From contig OZ223507.1 in NCBI GenBank assembly GCA_965140785.1, positions 1-15,901 on the forward strand: 15,901 nucleotides of DNA, in the 5' to 3' direction. The translations under genes were made by a program, and so were the position numbers. The notes under the pieces were generated by a model. It was not told where the DNA came from and did not search any database. It saw only the letters and a program-made list of their open reading frames with translations. This stretch comes from an uncultured Ruficoccus sp. (GTDB lineage: Bacteria; Verrucomicrobiota; Verrucomicrobiia; Opitutales; Cerasicoccaceae). Shown one piece after another: positions 14,589 to 15,901 of the stretch; the first letter of the stretch is position 1; every line of letters starts with the position of its first letter.

Positions 14589-15901
14589 ATGGATTCCCCG
14601 ACTGGCTGCGCCGAAGATTTTCGGACAATCAGCGCTTTTTGATCCTGTGCACGGTGGCCGGCGTTCTGTGCGGGCTGGCCGCAGTCGGTTTTCACCTGGC
14701 CATCGAGTACACCTTTCACCTGGTCTGGCACCTCTCGGAGCTGACCGGACCGGTGTGGTTCTGGGTGGTGATGCCGATGATGCCCGCCGTGGGCGGGCTG
14801 GTGGTGGGCCTGTTCCTGTGGAAAATCGCCCCGAGCGCCTCGGGCAGCGGCATCCCGCAGACCAAGGCCGCCTATTACAACGATTTCGGGCGCATCACGC
14901 TCAAGGACGGCTTTTTCCGCTTTCTGTTGGGGACGATCTTTATCGGGATGGGCAACGCCCTCGGGCGTGAAGGTCCGACGGTGCACATGTGCGCGGCCAT
15001 CTCCTCGACGCTCGGGCGCTGGGCCGGGCTGGCCAAGGCGCGCGTGCAGGCCATGGTGCCGGTGGGTATGGGGGGCCGGGATCGCCGCCGCCTTCAACGC
15101 CCCGCTCTCGGCCATCTTCTTTGTCTTTGAGGAGCTGCTCTCGGACTTCAGCACAAAGGCCCTGGGGGGGATCGTCATCGCCGTGGTCGTGGCCGCGGCG
15201 AATTTCGCGCAGCATCCTCGGAGAGGACCCGATTCTCCAGGTAGGCTTCAGCGAGGACAATGTCCAAACGGCCTGGTGGATGCTGGTGTCGATCCCGCTG
15301 GGGATCGCCTCGGGCTTCGTCGGCTCGTTCTTCGTCACCACGCTGCTCAAGGCGCGCACGATCGAAGCCCAGTGGAAGGTGATTCCGATCTGGATGAAAC
15401 CGGCTCTGGGCGGGCTGACGATGGGCATCGTCGGTGTGAGCGCCTACGCCTTCACCGGCTACTTCGGCGATGCGCAGACGGGGGTGTTCAGCATCGGTTA
15501 TGTCAGTCTGGATGCGGCCTTCGAGGGACGGCTGATCCTGATCGTGCTGGTGGCACTGTTCATTTTCAAATTCATCGCCGTCATCATCAGCTACGCCACC
15601 GGGGGCAGCGGCGGTCTGTTTTCGCCCACGCTGTTTCTGGGCGGGATGCTGGGCGGCATCTTCGGGGTGGGGCTGCTCTACCTGCACCAGCACCTGCACT
15701 GGTTCGGCGGGCTGCCCCGCAACGAGGACGTGGTCGGGGCCTGCGTGTTGCTGGGCATGGGGGCGATGTTTCGCTTCCATCGTGCGCTGCCCGATCACTT
15801 CACTGGTCATCATCTTCGAGATGACGCGCAACTACTCCTTTATCCTGCCGCTGATCGCCGGTAACATGATCGCGTACTTCATTTCGGCCAAGAAGCGGAC
15901 C
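14589..15901 (+). pseudogene. Second ClC-family anion:H+ antiporter, frameshifted (pseudogene or sequencing errors), 3' end beyond the window
   Basis: ClC motifs continue across three frames: GSGIP and GREGPTVH (ORF 14639), [21 protein letters not shown] (ORF 14967), [17 protein letters not shown] (ORF 14989), then [28 protein letters not shown] back in the first frame. The start is uncertain (ATG 14589 needs one extra base; TTG 14639 is in frame). Confidence 0.85.

Noticed and set aside
14553..14600. GGAGATGG upstream of ClC-2 as a fluoride (crcB) riboswitch
   Set aside because: It lies in the last codons of ClC-1 and lacks the complementary P1 strand and the downstream TGATG pseudoknot element. 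Neither ClC has the CLC-F signature.

Overview
GC-rich bacterial chromosomal window; gene content (PEP-CTERM protein, LacI with a YRPNPMVSxLM-type hinge, cytoplasmic sulfatase) suggests Verrucomicrobiota/Opitutales, which is an inference. From left to right: the 3' part of an ArnT/GT39-like membrane glycosyltransferase (+); a 36-bp CACAGAG-based inverted repeat; a CPBP protease-PAP2 phosphatase pair (-); a YbfF-like esterase (+); a PfkB kinase-tmk-holB operon (-); a lone PEP-CTERM gene (-); a TolQ/ExbB-TolR/ExbD-TolA/TonB trio (+); a Cys-type sulfatase divergent from a LacI regulator with a palindromic operator; tRNA-Tyr(GTA) (-); and two tandem ClC genes (+). The first ClC has non-canonical filter motifs (GTGIP, GLFDP). 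The second is broken by three +1 indels, and probably one -1 indel, and runs off the window. The window is mostly housekeeping and envelope genes. I see no convincing new multi-gene system, CRISPR array or mobile element. The best leads are the ClC pair, the CACAGAG repeat element, the zinc-less HolB and the PfkB kinase coupled to tmk.
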